The notes under the pieces: generated by a model | What the model was told of the DNA's origin: nothing | Seen by the model: only the letters and a program-made list of their open reading frames with translations | Databases searched by the model: none | Source of the DNA: Chiloscyllium plagiosum | Lineage: Eukaryota | Length of the DNA stretch: 55,114 nucleotides | Assembly: GCF_004010195.1 (NCBI RefSeq) | Contig: NC_057711.1 | Location: 74,586,933-74,642,046 of the forward strand | Reading direction: 5' to 3' | Shown: piece by piece, positions 1 through 9,990 of the stretch | Layout: each line of letters starts with the position of its first letter | Numbering within the stretch: position 1 is the first letter of the stretch | Made by a program: the position numbers and the translations under genes

Positions 1-195
1 AGCTATAAAGTAACTAGTTAAGTACTGTGTAATAAATTTACACTATTCAACAAGACTGAGTCTGTCTTCTGACAAAGATTTTATGTGAGCATTCTTCCCC
101 ACTTGGTAACAGTCATTTACACTAATATCAATAAGAGTGAAAGGTGATGGTGAATTGATCCAAAACATCACATTTGGTACCAGTGGACACAACAT

Positions 196-343
196 GAGGT
201 GAATTGGCCATGCTAAATTGCCCATAGTATTAGGTGAAGGCGTAAATGTAGGGGAACGGGTCTGAGTAGGTTGCGCTTTGGTGGGTTGGTGTGGACTTTT
301 GGGCAGAAGGGCCTGTATTAGACACTGTAAGTAGTCTAATCTA
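196..343 (+). mobile_element. HE1/V-SINE-like SINE, 3' part
   Basis: ggtgaattggccatgctaaattgcccatagt core and gggcctgt...acactgta 3' end, shared with about ten other copies in the window. Confidence 0.8.
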
Positions 344-1504
344 AAGAGTAATGGGGCAGCAACAGCAAATTAGCACGAGGTGACAATGCTCTTTTGAAGG
401 ACTGTTGGAGGCAGTATGGACCAAGTGACTTCTTTCTGCATCATAACAATTCTGTGATTCCACATATTTTCAAACAGTAGTCAGCTATCTACATCTCTGT
501 ACAGCACAAATATGAAGTTTTATTTTGATCCATTGGTCAGTATTGTATTCTTCATCATTTTCATGATGCTCTCTATTTTTTGATCCCATTCTCAGTCTGG
601 AGAAGTTGTACCAACATTACGTTGATTTTTAAATTCAATTTCCATACCCAATCAAACGTTTGACCTCATTCAATTTAATCTGATTGGGTAACATTGAACA
701 ACATGAAATTCTGTTGTTGTTCAAATACCCAGCTTAATAAAGCATTATTCTATTTGCACTTTATATTTTTCAATAAGATTGAGTTGTATAGATTAACATA
801 TTTCGATAAGTATTTGAATGCAATATTATTACTGTGCATACCTGAACTGTTTTGCTGAGGTGAACTGTAAAACAGGCAAGAATTCTACATGCCAGGCTTT
901 ACTGAAATTATTCCTGTAAATATTCTTAACATGGGAGTGCATGTTGCAAAACATTAGCTCTGATAAGAGACTTGTGCTGTATTTGCATGATAAGCAGCAG
1001 AAGGCTGTGAAGAAGTACTAAGAAGCAGGCAACAACAGCAACTTGTACTCACATAGATATCCTCTTCAAAAATTAATGACACTGAGCTGCATAGAGAGCA
1101 GCTACATTTAGTCAAAGTGGAAAGATAGATGGAGTGGTGAAGGGACTTCACAAAGGAATATTCCAGAGCTTAGCACTGGTGGCATTTGAAGGCATGGCTA
1201 CCAATGGCCACAGCAACAGTTACACAACACTTGCTGTGATACCTTTTATGTAATTCAAAGTTTTGCAAAATATGACAGCAATAAAACACGAAATAGTGAA
1301 CATGCTGTAAATTTGAAATATAAGCAGAAATACTGAAAGCACTCATCATATCATCCAGCATATTGAAGAGAGAAACAGAGTTAAAGGACTGAATCTTCTT
1401 AAGTCTATGGTGACTTAGAATGTCAAGTCAAGCCATTCATTTGGCGTTCCTTAAAGTTGCTTGAGGATGGATTGACTTGCCTCTTAAATTAATTCTTGCA
1501 TTCA

Positions 1505-1848
1505 AAGTTTGTGCGAAGATTTGTAGCTCGGGTGCTCGCTGTTGTGGTTCTGTTCGCCGAGCTGGAAGTTTTTGTTGCAAACGTTTCGTCCCCTGGCTAG
1601 GCGACATCATCAGTGCTTGGGAGCCTCCTGCGAAGCGCTTCTTTGATGTTTCCTCCGGTGTTTATAGTGGTCTGTCCCTGCCGCTTCCGGTTGTCAGTTT
1701 CAGCTGTCCGCTGTAGTGGTTGGTATATTGGGTCCAGGTCGATGTGTTTGTTGATGGAGTTTGTGGATGAATGCCATGCCTCTAGGAATTCCCTGGCTGT
1801 TCTCTGTCTGGCTTGCCCTATGATAGTAGTGTTGTCCCAGTCAAATTC
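1505..1848 (-). mobile_element. Penelope-like element 3' end/pLTR (family A) with ~35-nt tail
   Basis: Minus ORF FDWDNTTIIGQARQRTAREFLEAWHS...INKHIDLDPIY resembles a PLE GIY-YIG C-terminus; tail 1505-1538 is absent from the other copies. Confidence 0.85.
1577..1616 (-). ncRNA. Minimal hammerhead ribozyme motif in PLE pLTR
   Basis: Minus strand reads GCA-CUGAUGA-U-GUCGCCUAGCCAGGGGAC-GAAAC-GUU-UGC: core boxes, stem II, palindromic ACGU stem III, 3-bp stem I. Confidence 0.7.
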
Positions 1849-2184
1849 ACACACACGCAGACAACAAGCAACATGAATACGACTGGGACAACACTACTAT
1901 CATAGGGCAAGCCAGACAGAGAACAGCCAGGGAATTCCTAGAGGCATGGCATTCATCCACAAACTCCATCAACAAACACATCGACCTGGACCCAATAAAC
2001 CAACGACTACAGCGGACAGCAGAAACTGACAACCGGAAGCGGCAGGGACAGACAACGAGAAACACCGGAGGAAACGTCAAAGAAGCGCTTCGCAGGAGGC
2101 TCCCAAGCACTGATGATGTCGCCTAACCAGGGGACGAAACGTTTGCAACAAAAACTTCAAGCTCGGCGAACAGAACCACAACAG
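1849..2184 (+). mobile_element. Penelope-like pLTR (family A), inverted relative to 1539-1848
   Basis: Reverse complement of the left arm over ~310 bp with scattered mismatches. Confidence 0.85.
2107..2146 (+). ncRNA. Minimal hammerhead ribozyme motif
   Basis: gca-ctgatga-t-gtcgcctaaccaggggac-gaaac-gtt-tgc; predicted cleavage after 2143. Confidence 0.7.
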
Positions 2185-2214
2185 AAAACTCCAAGCCCCA
2201 GAGGAAAGTCATTT

Positions 2215-2291
2215 AATCAATTAACCGAATAATCAATTATCCGAACAAAATGGTGCCCGCCCATCCCGTTCAGATAATCGAGGTTCCTATT
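2215..2291. mobile_element. Tigger/pogo-like MITE end
   Basis: ttatccgaac...ttcagataatcgaggttcc resembles a pogo-type terminal inverted repeat. Confidence 0.45.
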
Positions 2292-3254
2292 GGGGCGCCC
2301 CTGGTCCTGAGCTTGCAGTACTTGGCAGAATGCATATCAAAAGTGTCACAAAGTGTGAAGGAGATCGTCACCATCTTAAACTTTGTGGATAGGTGGGAGG
2401 GTAAAAGAAAGGCAAATAGCCATGAACGAAAAAAAAGTTATAAATGCAGGTGGAAGTGATGTTAGAAAGCCTGAGTATTTCTAAAATAAAGATGTACCTT
2501 CTTTGATTTAGTTATCACAAACAGTTTCAAGCACACATCCACTGGGATTTTCCTTAAACAAAGATGTACGTGGAATCCATTTGAATGAACTTACCGTACT
2601 CATTGAAAAATCTTTTCATGAAAATGCTTAACAAAGATGAAACAAAGATTCGAGCTCAATTATTAGTTTGTTTCTAATTAATTATAATTTTTCCAATCCA
2701 ATGTACTCCACAATCTGTAACTAAAATGTATTTGTACCTCATCATTACAATTTAGATGATCAATGCTAGTTGAATTTCATTGGAAAGCAGATACTGTCAA
2801 ATGATTTCTTGTCAGAAAATTGAATGGATAGATGTGCACAGCACCATACATGTATTCTGACACTAAGCATGTGATACAATATACCACATTATGGAATGTG
2901 TGTCCCTGCTGCTGAACTAATAGCTCCATGGTTCACGTCCCACCCTGCTCCAGAGGTATGTAATAACATCTCTGAACAGGTTGATTAGAAAATATCTAGA
3001 ATATTACAATTAGAATTTAATTATTTCAATATTTTTCTCAAATTATGGGCACAAAGAAATGAAATATTAGCTATAACTGCCAGTAAACAAGGTGCAAAAT
3101 ACTGTACACAAAATTGATGTTCTTTCATTTGAACATAGAAGAGTACATTGGGATTTTCTGTTTCAGCATAAATTTCCAGTTTTGTCTTCTGGTGTTGAAT
3201 CAGAGAAATTGAATCTTTAAAATTTGTTTGAAAAATAAAGAGTTTGGAACTATC

Positions 3255-3415
3255 TATTAACTGAGAAAAAAAGTTAACATTTCAGGTCTGATGGCTTTCA
3301 CTGAAACCTGATCACAGACTTGAAATATTAATTAAGTCTGTTTCTTTCTCTACAGACGCAGTCATCCTGCTAAATATTTTTAGCATGTTTTGTTTTTAAT
3401 TCAGATTTCTATCAA
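3255..3415. repeat. Old fold-back repeat (family C, probably PLE-derived); related pieces at 1310-1395, 38300-38395, 48670-48815
   Basis: Imperfect inverted repeat gttaacatttcaggtctg / cagacttgaaatattaa followed by ctgtttctttctctacag; motif recurs. Confidence 0.5.
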
Positions 3416-3788
3416 GCACAATGTAATTTTGTTCTAGAATTGCCCTTTGCCTCTTCCTGAAAAACTCAGTTGAGACAGACTATAAAAACCTGGAAGTAAT
3501 GCTGAAAATAAATGGCTAAAATAAAATAATCTTAATGGCTTTTGAATAAAACATCAGTTTTTCAGTCTTTTGTATCTGACTACTTTTAAATTATTCTAAT
3601 GTTTAATTCCTTGCGCTCAAGAATATCAGAATTCTCCTCATTCTTCCTTCTAAAATGCATCAATTCACAAGAAGAATAGTGGAACTGAATATTATTTAAA
3701 TGAAAACAGATTGCAGAAAGCCACAGAACAGAGGGATTGACTTACAACTGTGAATCCATGAATTATAAAAAGCTAGCATCCAACTTCA

Positions 3789-3963
3789 ACAGCGGACAGC
3801 TGAAACTGACAACCGGAAGCGGCAGGGACAGACCACTATAAACACCGGAGGAAACATCAAAGAAGCGCTTCGCAGGAGGCTCCCAAGCACTGATGATGTC
3901 GCCTAGCCAGGGGACGAAACGTTTGCAACAAAAACTTCCAGCTCGGCGAACAGAACCACAACA
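3789..3963 (+). mobile_element. Penelope-like pLTR (family A), 5'-truncated
   Basis: By eye, identical to the reverse complement of 1540-1714. Confidence 0.85.
3887..3926 (+). ncRNA. Minimal hammerhead ribozyme motif
   Basis: gca-ctgatga-t-gtcgcctagccaggggac-gaaac-gtt-tgc; predicted cleavage after 3923. Confidence 0.7.
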
Positions 3964-4055
3964 ATAATTCTTGCATACATAACATACATAACATATGTAC
4001 ATATAAAACAGATTCTTCAGTCCAGCTCATCCACACCAACCAGACATCCCAATCT

Positions 4056-4357
4056 GAGTCAAGATTAGAGCGGTGCTAGAAAAGCACAATAGGTCATGCA
4101 GCATCCGAGGAGCAGGAAAATCGACATTTCAGACAGGAGCTCTTCATCAGGTATGTAGAGAGAGGAGGAGAACTTCTTCAAGGTAGACATTCTTGCAAGA
4201 AGATTCACAGTAAGGGTAAAATCAACTAGGCGAAAGTGAGGACTGCAGATGCTGGAGATCAGAGTCAAAATTAGAGTGATGCTGGAAAAGCACAGCAGGT
4301 CAGGCAGCATCTGAGGAGCAGGAAAATCGACGTTTCAGGCAGGAGATCTTCATCAGG
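4056..4357 (-). mobile_element. Penelope-like family B, partial tandem pLTRs
   Basis: Two direct copies of gagtca...gctggaaaagcac...ttcatcagg ~206 nt apart, each with a decayed minus-strand CUGAUGA...GAAA motif. Confidence 0.75.
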
Positions 4358-4421
4358 TGCCAGTAAGTTTCACCACTCTCAAATTTTACTGTAAATTTAC
4401 ATCACAAAGGCTATCTCTATA

Positions 4422-5005
4422 TCATTCATTCATTGGCGGTCCCTCGCAGATGAGGATGACTCTCCTCCACTCTCAGGCTGAGTCCATAGGTAGCTGTACA
4501 GACTGATGCGGCTACCACAGGATCTGTTACACTTGGGCAGAAGATGATCATAGGAAGGGCAGAGTGAGGCTCCATTCGCTTTTGCCATCCGGCTTCCACT
4601 TTTTCTCAAGTTTCTTGACAGCTTCTCAGATACTCCTCCTCCACTTTGAATGGTCTTGGGCAAGTGATTCCCAGTTGTCTGTGGAAATGCCGCACTTTGC
4701 ATGCGAGGCCTTGAGGGTATCGCTAAAGCGCTTCCTCTGTCCACCTGGGTCTCAGCTGCCATTTTGAAGCTGGGAGTAACATTGGGAAGTCTTGTGTCTG
4801 TCATGTGGGCGAGGTGCCCAGCACAGCATAGCCACTCAGTGGTGGTCAGTGCCTCAATGCTGGGGATGTTGGCCTGGTCAAGGACGCTGTTGTTAGTGCG
4901 TCTTTCTTCCTAGTGGATTTGCAGGATCTTGCGCAGGGGTTAAATTGGTGGTACTGCTCCAGCACCTTGAGGTGTCTGCTGTCGACAGTCCATGTCTCCA
5001 TGTCA
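4422..5005 (-). mobile_element. RTE-clade LINE 3' fragment
   Basis: Minus translation CNRSCGSRISLYSYL and HLKVLEQYHQ resemble an RTE C-terminus; (tgaa)n-type tail. Confidence 0.7.
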
Positions 5006-5711
5006 AGGATAAATATCATCCTCGTCACCTTGAACTTGCTACAACAGCAGCCATCTCTCATAGTGAATCTGCTGAGGTTCTAGATCTGGTGGTGCTCTGA
5101 TAGGGCTCACAGCATTGGGAACCCAGCCACTATCTTTAAAATAACAGCAGGTACAGGACATTGATAGGAGACTGTATCTGTGAAGATTGTTTTGCTGGTG
5201 GCACTTATGGCATATGCAATGTTGCGATCCCTCTTTGGCTGTGATTTCAGGATCTTCAAGCCTGTGTGCAAATCCAGCCCATATTTCAGATCGATGACAT
5301 TTTCTTTAAGACGTCTGCTCATGGGTCACCAACCGAGATCATTATCTCCACAAATATGATACTTTACCTTCATTTAAAGCCTCCACTTTCTTTGAAACAT
5401 TTGGTCTCACTTGCACAAGATTGAGTATTTTGCTTCACATGTTTGAATACTTTAAGCTATCACATTCAAAAAATGTGGTTGCAGTCCATATTAAAATTCA
5501 CAACATTTGCAGTTCCATTTTCACATTAAGTTAGTAGCTATCACCAAGTTATCCAACATACCTCTAATTTCCAATTTTCGAGAAACATGACCAGATGGCC
5601 TGAAAAATGCATTCCGGGGCATGTAGAATCCAACTTTTCATAGAACCTGTCAATCAAATGATTAGAAAATCAGAGGATGTAAATTATGCATGTTCCCATT
5701 TTGTGAGCTCA

Positions 5712-6012
5712 TAGAATCCCTACAGTGCAGAAGCAAACCATTCGGCCCATCACATCCATACCAACCTTCCAAACAGCAGCCCACTCGGATTCAAATCCCT
5801 ACCCGAAAACCCCAAATTTTGCATCCCTGGACACTATGGGCAATTTGGCATGGCTAATCTACCTAACCTGCACACTTTTGGACTGTGGGAGGAAACCAGA
5901 GCACCCGGAGGAAACTCATGCAACAGGGGGAGAGCATGCAAACTCCACAAAGACAGAATCAAACTCAGGTCCCTAGAGCTGTGAGGCAGCAGTGCTAACC
6001 ACTGAGCTGCCG
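5712..6012 (-). mobile_element. HE1/V-SINE-like SINE
   Basis: tRNA-like head (reverse of gctgtgaggcagcagtgctaaccactgagc) and V-domain core. Confidence 0.85.
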
Positions 6013-6049
6013 TCCGGTGCTGTTGAAGCATGGTACATTCTTCACCACT

Positions 6050-6370
6050 TTTTAAAACTATATTTGTTTATGGGATGTGGGTGCCACTGACTGTTCTGGA
6101 GCTGAGTGTCTTATTCAATCTTGTCCATGGCAGCTCAGAGTCAAATACATTACTGTGGATCCAGAGTTACTTGAAGGCCTGAACAGGTATGGACACTAGT
6201 TAAGCAAGACAAGGTTTTATATCATTTCTTTCATCCTTAGCGTTTAATTCCAGGGTCTTGTTAAATTAAAATTTCACCATTTGTCATGATATGATTCAAG
6301 CCCATGTCTTTAGGTGACAACAGCCGAAAGTTCAGGCTTATGAGTCCATTGACATTGCAACTTCCACGGT
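6050..6370 (-). mobile_element. Decayed SINE of the 17560-17935 family
   Basis: tttatgggatgtgggtgccactg...gagtcaaatacattactgtggatccagagttac matches the reverse of that family's 3' end. Confidence 0.5.
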
Positions 6371-7123
6371 TTCCCTTACATCACCTGTGGTTATTGTAAC
6401 CAGTGGTGTATACTGGGAAAACAACATATTCCCTTTTCATTGATGCCAATGACAAAGTAGCTGCTTATATTGTAGTGAACACCCATTATTTCAGAGGACT
6501 CAGCTGTTTGTGCCTTGTTAAAATGTGTTAACCTTGACTGCTTGCTTGACTGTTATTAGTGTTGTGTTATAGCTTGTATCAATGACAATGGCATCAGCAA
6601 TAAATGTGATGAAAGACAGAGAATAACCTGAATATGAGGGCTTAATGTTTGCTCCACAATTTTAACATGTGGCATTAGACAGCATCCAACATATACCCAG
6701 GTTGAAACATCGTACAAAAGGTGGAAAATGTCTAATGCCCCCACAGCCAGAAAAAAGGACAATGCAGATCTTCACCAGAGAATAATGAATGAACACTGCT
6801 GCAAAATAAAGAAAAATGCAATGAGGTTTTGTATAATGAAGTGAGAACTTACTGTGTTTGACTTACTTTTTGTTGTTGGCTGAGATCAGCAAAAGAATGG
6901 GGTATGAATATGACTGGAGGGAAGCTAGGGGCACCTGGTGCTTTGATGGACAGTTATTATTCATCAAAATAAGTATGGATGAGAAAAGCTTCTCCAAATT
7001 CATTTGTTCTCACATCCTCTAGTCCCTGGAGTCCCTTCACTGCAGTCTCCAAATTTTCTGAAATGATTTCAGGTTTTTTTTGTGTCTCCATAAGTCCATT
7101 TCCAGCATGACTCTTTTTTGTTT

Positions 7124-7150
7124 GTGTGTGTGTGTGTGTGTGGGTGTGTG
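7124..7150. repeat. (TG)n microsatellite
   Basis: Visible TG run. Confidence 0.9.
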
Positions 7151-7659
7151 AAGAGAAATTCTTTGGTCACTTCCACAATTTCCTTTTCTTAATTTGGACG
7201 AGTCTTTCCATGACTTCTTTTTACAATGAATTGAAAGCAAGTTTTGAGATTTTTTTCAGGATTTTGTGTATATGTTTCTTGAACAGTACCTACCAACTGA
7301 CAAAATTGACAGCCAAGTAAACATCAGTGATTCATCAAGCCTGCCCTGCATCATGATAGCTGGATCACTAAATAATTCTTTGCCACAAATCTACTCTGCA
7401 ACCTTCATTCTCACTACTGATCGTGGGCATCCACACCTCCCTTTCCCTACCCCTGCCATATAATCACATGGAAAGACAAAAGGAAAGGGACCATAATAGG
7501 AAAAATAAAGATATTTTGGAAAAATTCGTCCTCAACTTTTCTATAGGATCTAAACCAGTTCAGGCGATCACATGAATCAAGTATTATCTATTTTATTTAT
7601 GATGCAATCTCTGTTAAGCACTGCTTCAACACTTTTGTTTTCAATAGATTGATATTATC

Positions 7660-8690
7660 AGGTTGTAAGTTTGCTCACTGAGCTGGTAGGTTTGTTCTCA
7701 GAAGTTTTGTCACCATGCTAGATAACAGCATCAGTGAGCCTCTGTCAAAGCGTTGGTGTTCTGCCCTGCTTTCTATTTATGTGAAGGATTAGATTGGATT
7801 AGATTCCCTACAGTGTGGAAACAGGCCCTTCAGCCCAACCAGTCCAGACCAACCCTCCGAAGACTAACCCACCCAGAGCCATTTCCCTCTGATTAATATA
7901 CCTAACACTCTGGGCAATTTAGCATGGCTAATTCACCTGGACTGTCCTGCTTTCTATTTATGGGAAAGATTAGATTAGATTAGATTACCTACAGTGTGGA
8001 AACAGGCCCTTTGGCCCAACCAGTCCACACCAACCCTCCAAAGACTAACCCGTCCTGATCCATTTCCCTCTGACTAATGTACCTAATACTATGGGCAATT
8101 TAGCATGGCCAATTCACCTGACCTGCACATCTTTGGACTGTGGGAGGAAACCGAAGGACCCGAAGGAAACCCACGCAGACACGGGGAGAATGTGCAAACT
8201 CCACACAGACAGTTGCCCAAGGCTGGAATTGAACCTGGGACTCTGGTGCTGTGAGGCAGCAGTGCTAACCACTGAGCCACCATGCTGCCCTCTGTTAAGG
8301 TGGGTGATATTATTTCTGGTTCTTCTTCTCAGAGTTTGGTAAATGAGGTTCACATTGATGTGTTTATTGATGGAATTCCGATTTGAATACCAGGCCCCTA
8401 GGAATTCCTGAGCATGTCTCTGTTTAGCTTGTCCTAGGATGGATGTGTTGTCCCAGTCAAAGTGATGTCCTTCTCTGTAGTGATAGCTGGTCATGTCTTT
8501 TGCAGGTTAGTTGGTGTTTGTGTAACCTGATGGCTAGTTTCCTGCCTGTTTGTCTGATGTAGTATTTGTTGCAGTTCTTGCAGGATATTTTATAAATGAC
8601 ATTTGTTTTGCTGATAGTTGGTGTTGGGTCCTTTAGGTTCATCACAAGCTGTTTCAGTGTGCTGGTAGGTTTGTGGGCTACCATGATTGA
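7660..8690 (-). mobile_element. Older Penelope-like element (GIY-YIG region plus pLTR) interrupted by SINE sequence at ~7785-8290
   Basis: HKPTSTLKQLVMNLKDP...NVIYKISCKNCNKYYIRQTGRKL...HFDWDNTSILGQAKQRHAQEFLGAW; pLTR with decayed hammerhead at 7660-7780. Confidence 0.85.
7785..8290 (-). mobile_element. HE1-like SINE (7966-8290) plus a duplicated 3' portion (7785-7944)
   Basis: (attag)n tails, V-domain core, tRNA-like head ending near 8290. Confidence 0.85.
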
Positions 8691-9192
8691 TACTATAAAA
8701 TATCCAATATTGTGGAGATATTTTGTGAAGGTAGCAAGCCACATAATGGGCCTCAATACTAAAGCCTATCCAATGATGGGCAACAGAGGGTATCCCAATT
8801 CTGGATTTCACATCATTGCCCAGTCATGGGGTCCCTGCTCCTTCCTAATCCCAACTCACTTTCCCTGAACCCTCAAATAATATAGATGGTGCCCTCTCTC
8901 TCATCTCAAGCATTGAAATCCATCATTGAGCATTCTAAGTTGCAGCTTTTTGTCACTGAATTTCCTACCTGGCTACTGACAAGATCATCAATATGGCTGG
9001 ACGATGCACAAAAAGTATGTTTGGAGTGTTGCTCAGGACTTCAGTCATTTGTTAAGCCTCCCACCCACCTACTTCCTTCCCATTAATATCAGGTCAATGG
9101 TCTCTTGAGTGAAAATTTATGGAAAGTCGTCTTCTGGATGACTTGTCAAACTAAATGAAATATGAGAAGCATCTGATTCCCCTTAATGGCTA

Positions 9193-9410
9193 GGGGGTTG
9201 GTTAACTCAGTTGGCTGAATGGGTGGTTTGCAATGCAGAGAGATGCCAATAGCTTGGGCTCCAGTTGAGTTTACCATGGAAGACTGTCCTTCTCAACCTT
9301 TCCATTCACCTGAGGTATGGTGATCCTTAGTTTACACCGCCCTCAGCCATCTCTCTCAAATGACAGAGTAGCCACTTAGTCTGATAAGGTGGTGGTAGTC
9401 TTACTTTTAG
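9193..9410 (+). mobile_element. Old tRNA-derived SINE; copies also at 39290-39470/40822-40875 (+) and 51160-51345 (-)
   Basis: ggttaactcagttggctg A-box-like head; body ccttctcaacct...tgaggt...ctctctc...agagtagcc recurs three times. Confidence 0.6.
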
Positions 9411-9509
9411 CAATGAATTTAGATACTTCAGTTAATTGTTCTCTAACACAACGTAATATCTCCTCCATGGAATGAGAAGTGAACATCATGAACAATGAAA
9501 GACATAACA

Positions 9510-9990
9510 AAAAAAACTTGCTGTTCATGACCACAGGATATTGCAAAGTGCTTCACAGTCATTGAGGTAATTTGAAGTGTTGTCCTGTTACAACATAAGA
9601 AATACAGGATCCAAATTGCACACAATGATCTCTCTCACAAGTAGCAGTGTGGAAATGTTTTAGTGATGGTGATTCAGGAATAAAATATTGACCAGGATGG
9701 GTGACCTCAATATCAGCTGAACTCCAAAAGATTATTTCAATATTTACAAGTGCTATTTGAAACATTCACACTCTGAAATAATTTCTCTTGGAAGTACCTG
9801 CAGTTAAGAAAGAGCCTGCTGAAAAGATCCAGGAGTCTCTCATGAAACTCATTCTTTTTGAACATATGCAATAATGAAATCCATACTGGGGAAATGTCCA
9901 AATATGCCATCCTTAGTATTTTTAACTTAATGTTAGAACACAGAGCAACATTTGAACACACTGAAGTGCTTGTCAGTGCATTCACAGATG
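9510..9990 (-). mobile_element. Decayed Deu-domain SINE (SacSINE1/AmnSINE1-like)
   Basis: aagtgttgtcctgttacaacataagaaatacaggatccaaattgcacac resembles the reverse Deu domain; second copy at 54465-54670. Confidence 0.55.

Noticed and set aside
5107..5322. 71-aa minus ORF MSRRLKENVIDLKYG...
   Set aside because: No recognisable homology or splice signals; short enough to arise by chance.
8225..8290. tRNA-like A/B boxes as tRNA genes
   Set aside because: They are SINE heads continuous with V-SINE bodies, with no complete cloverleaf.
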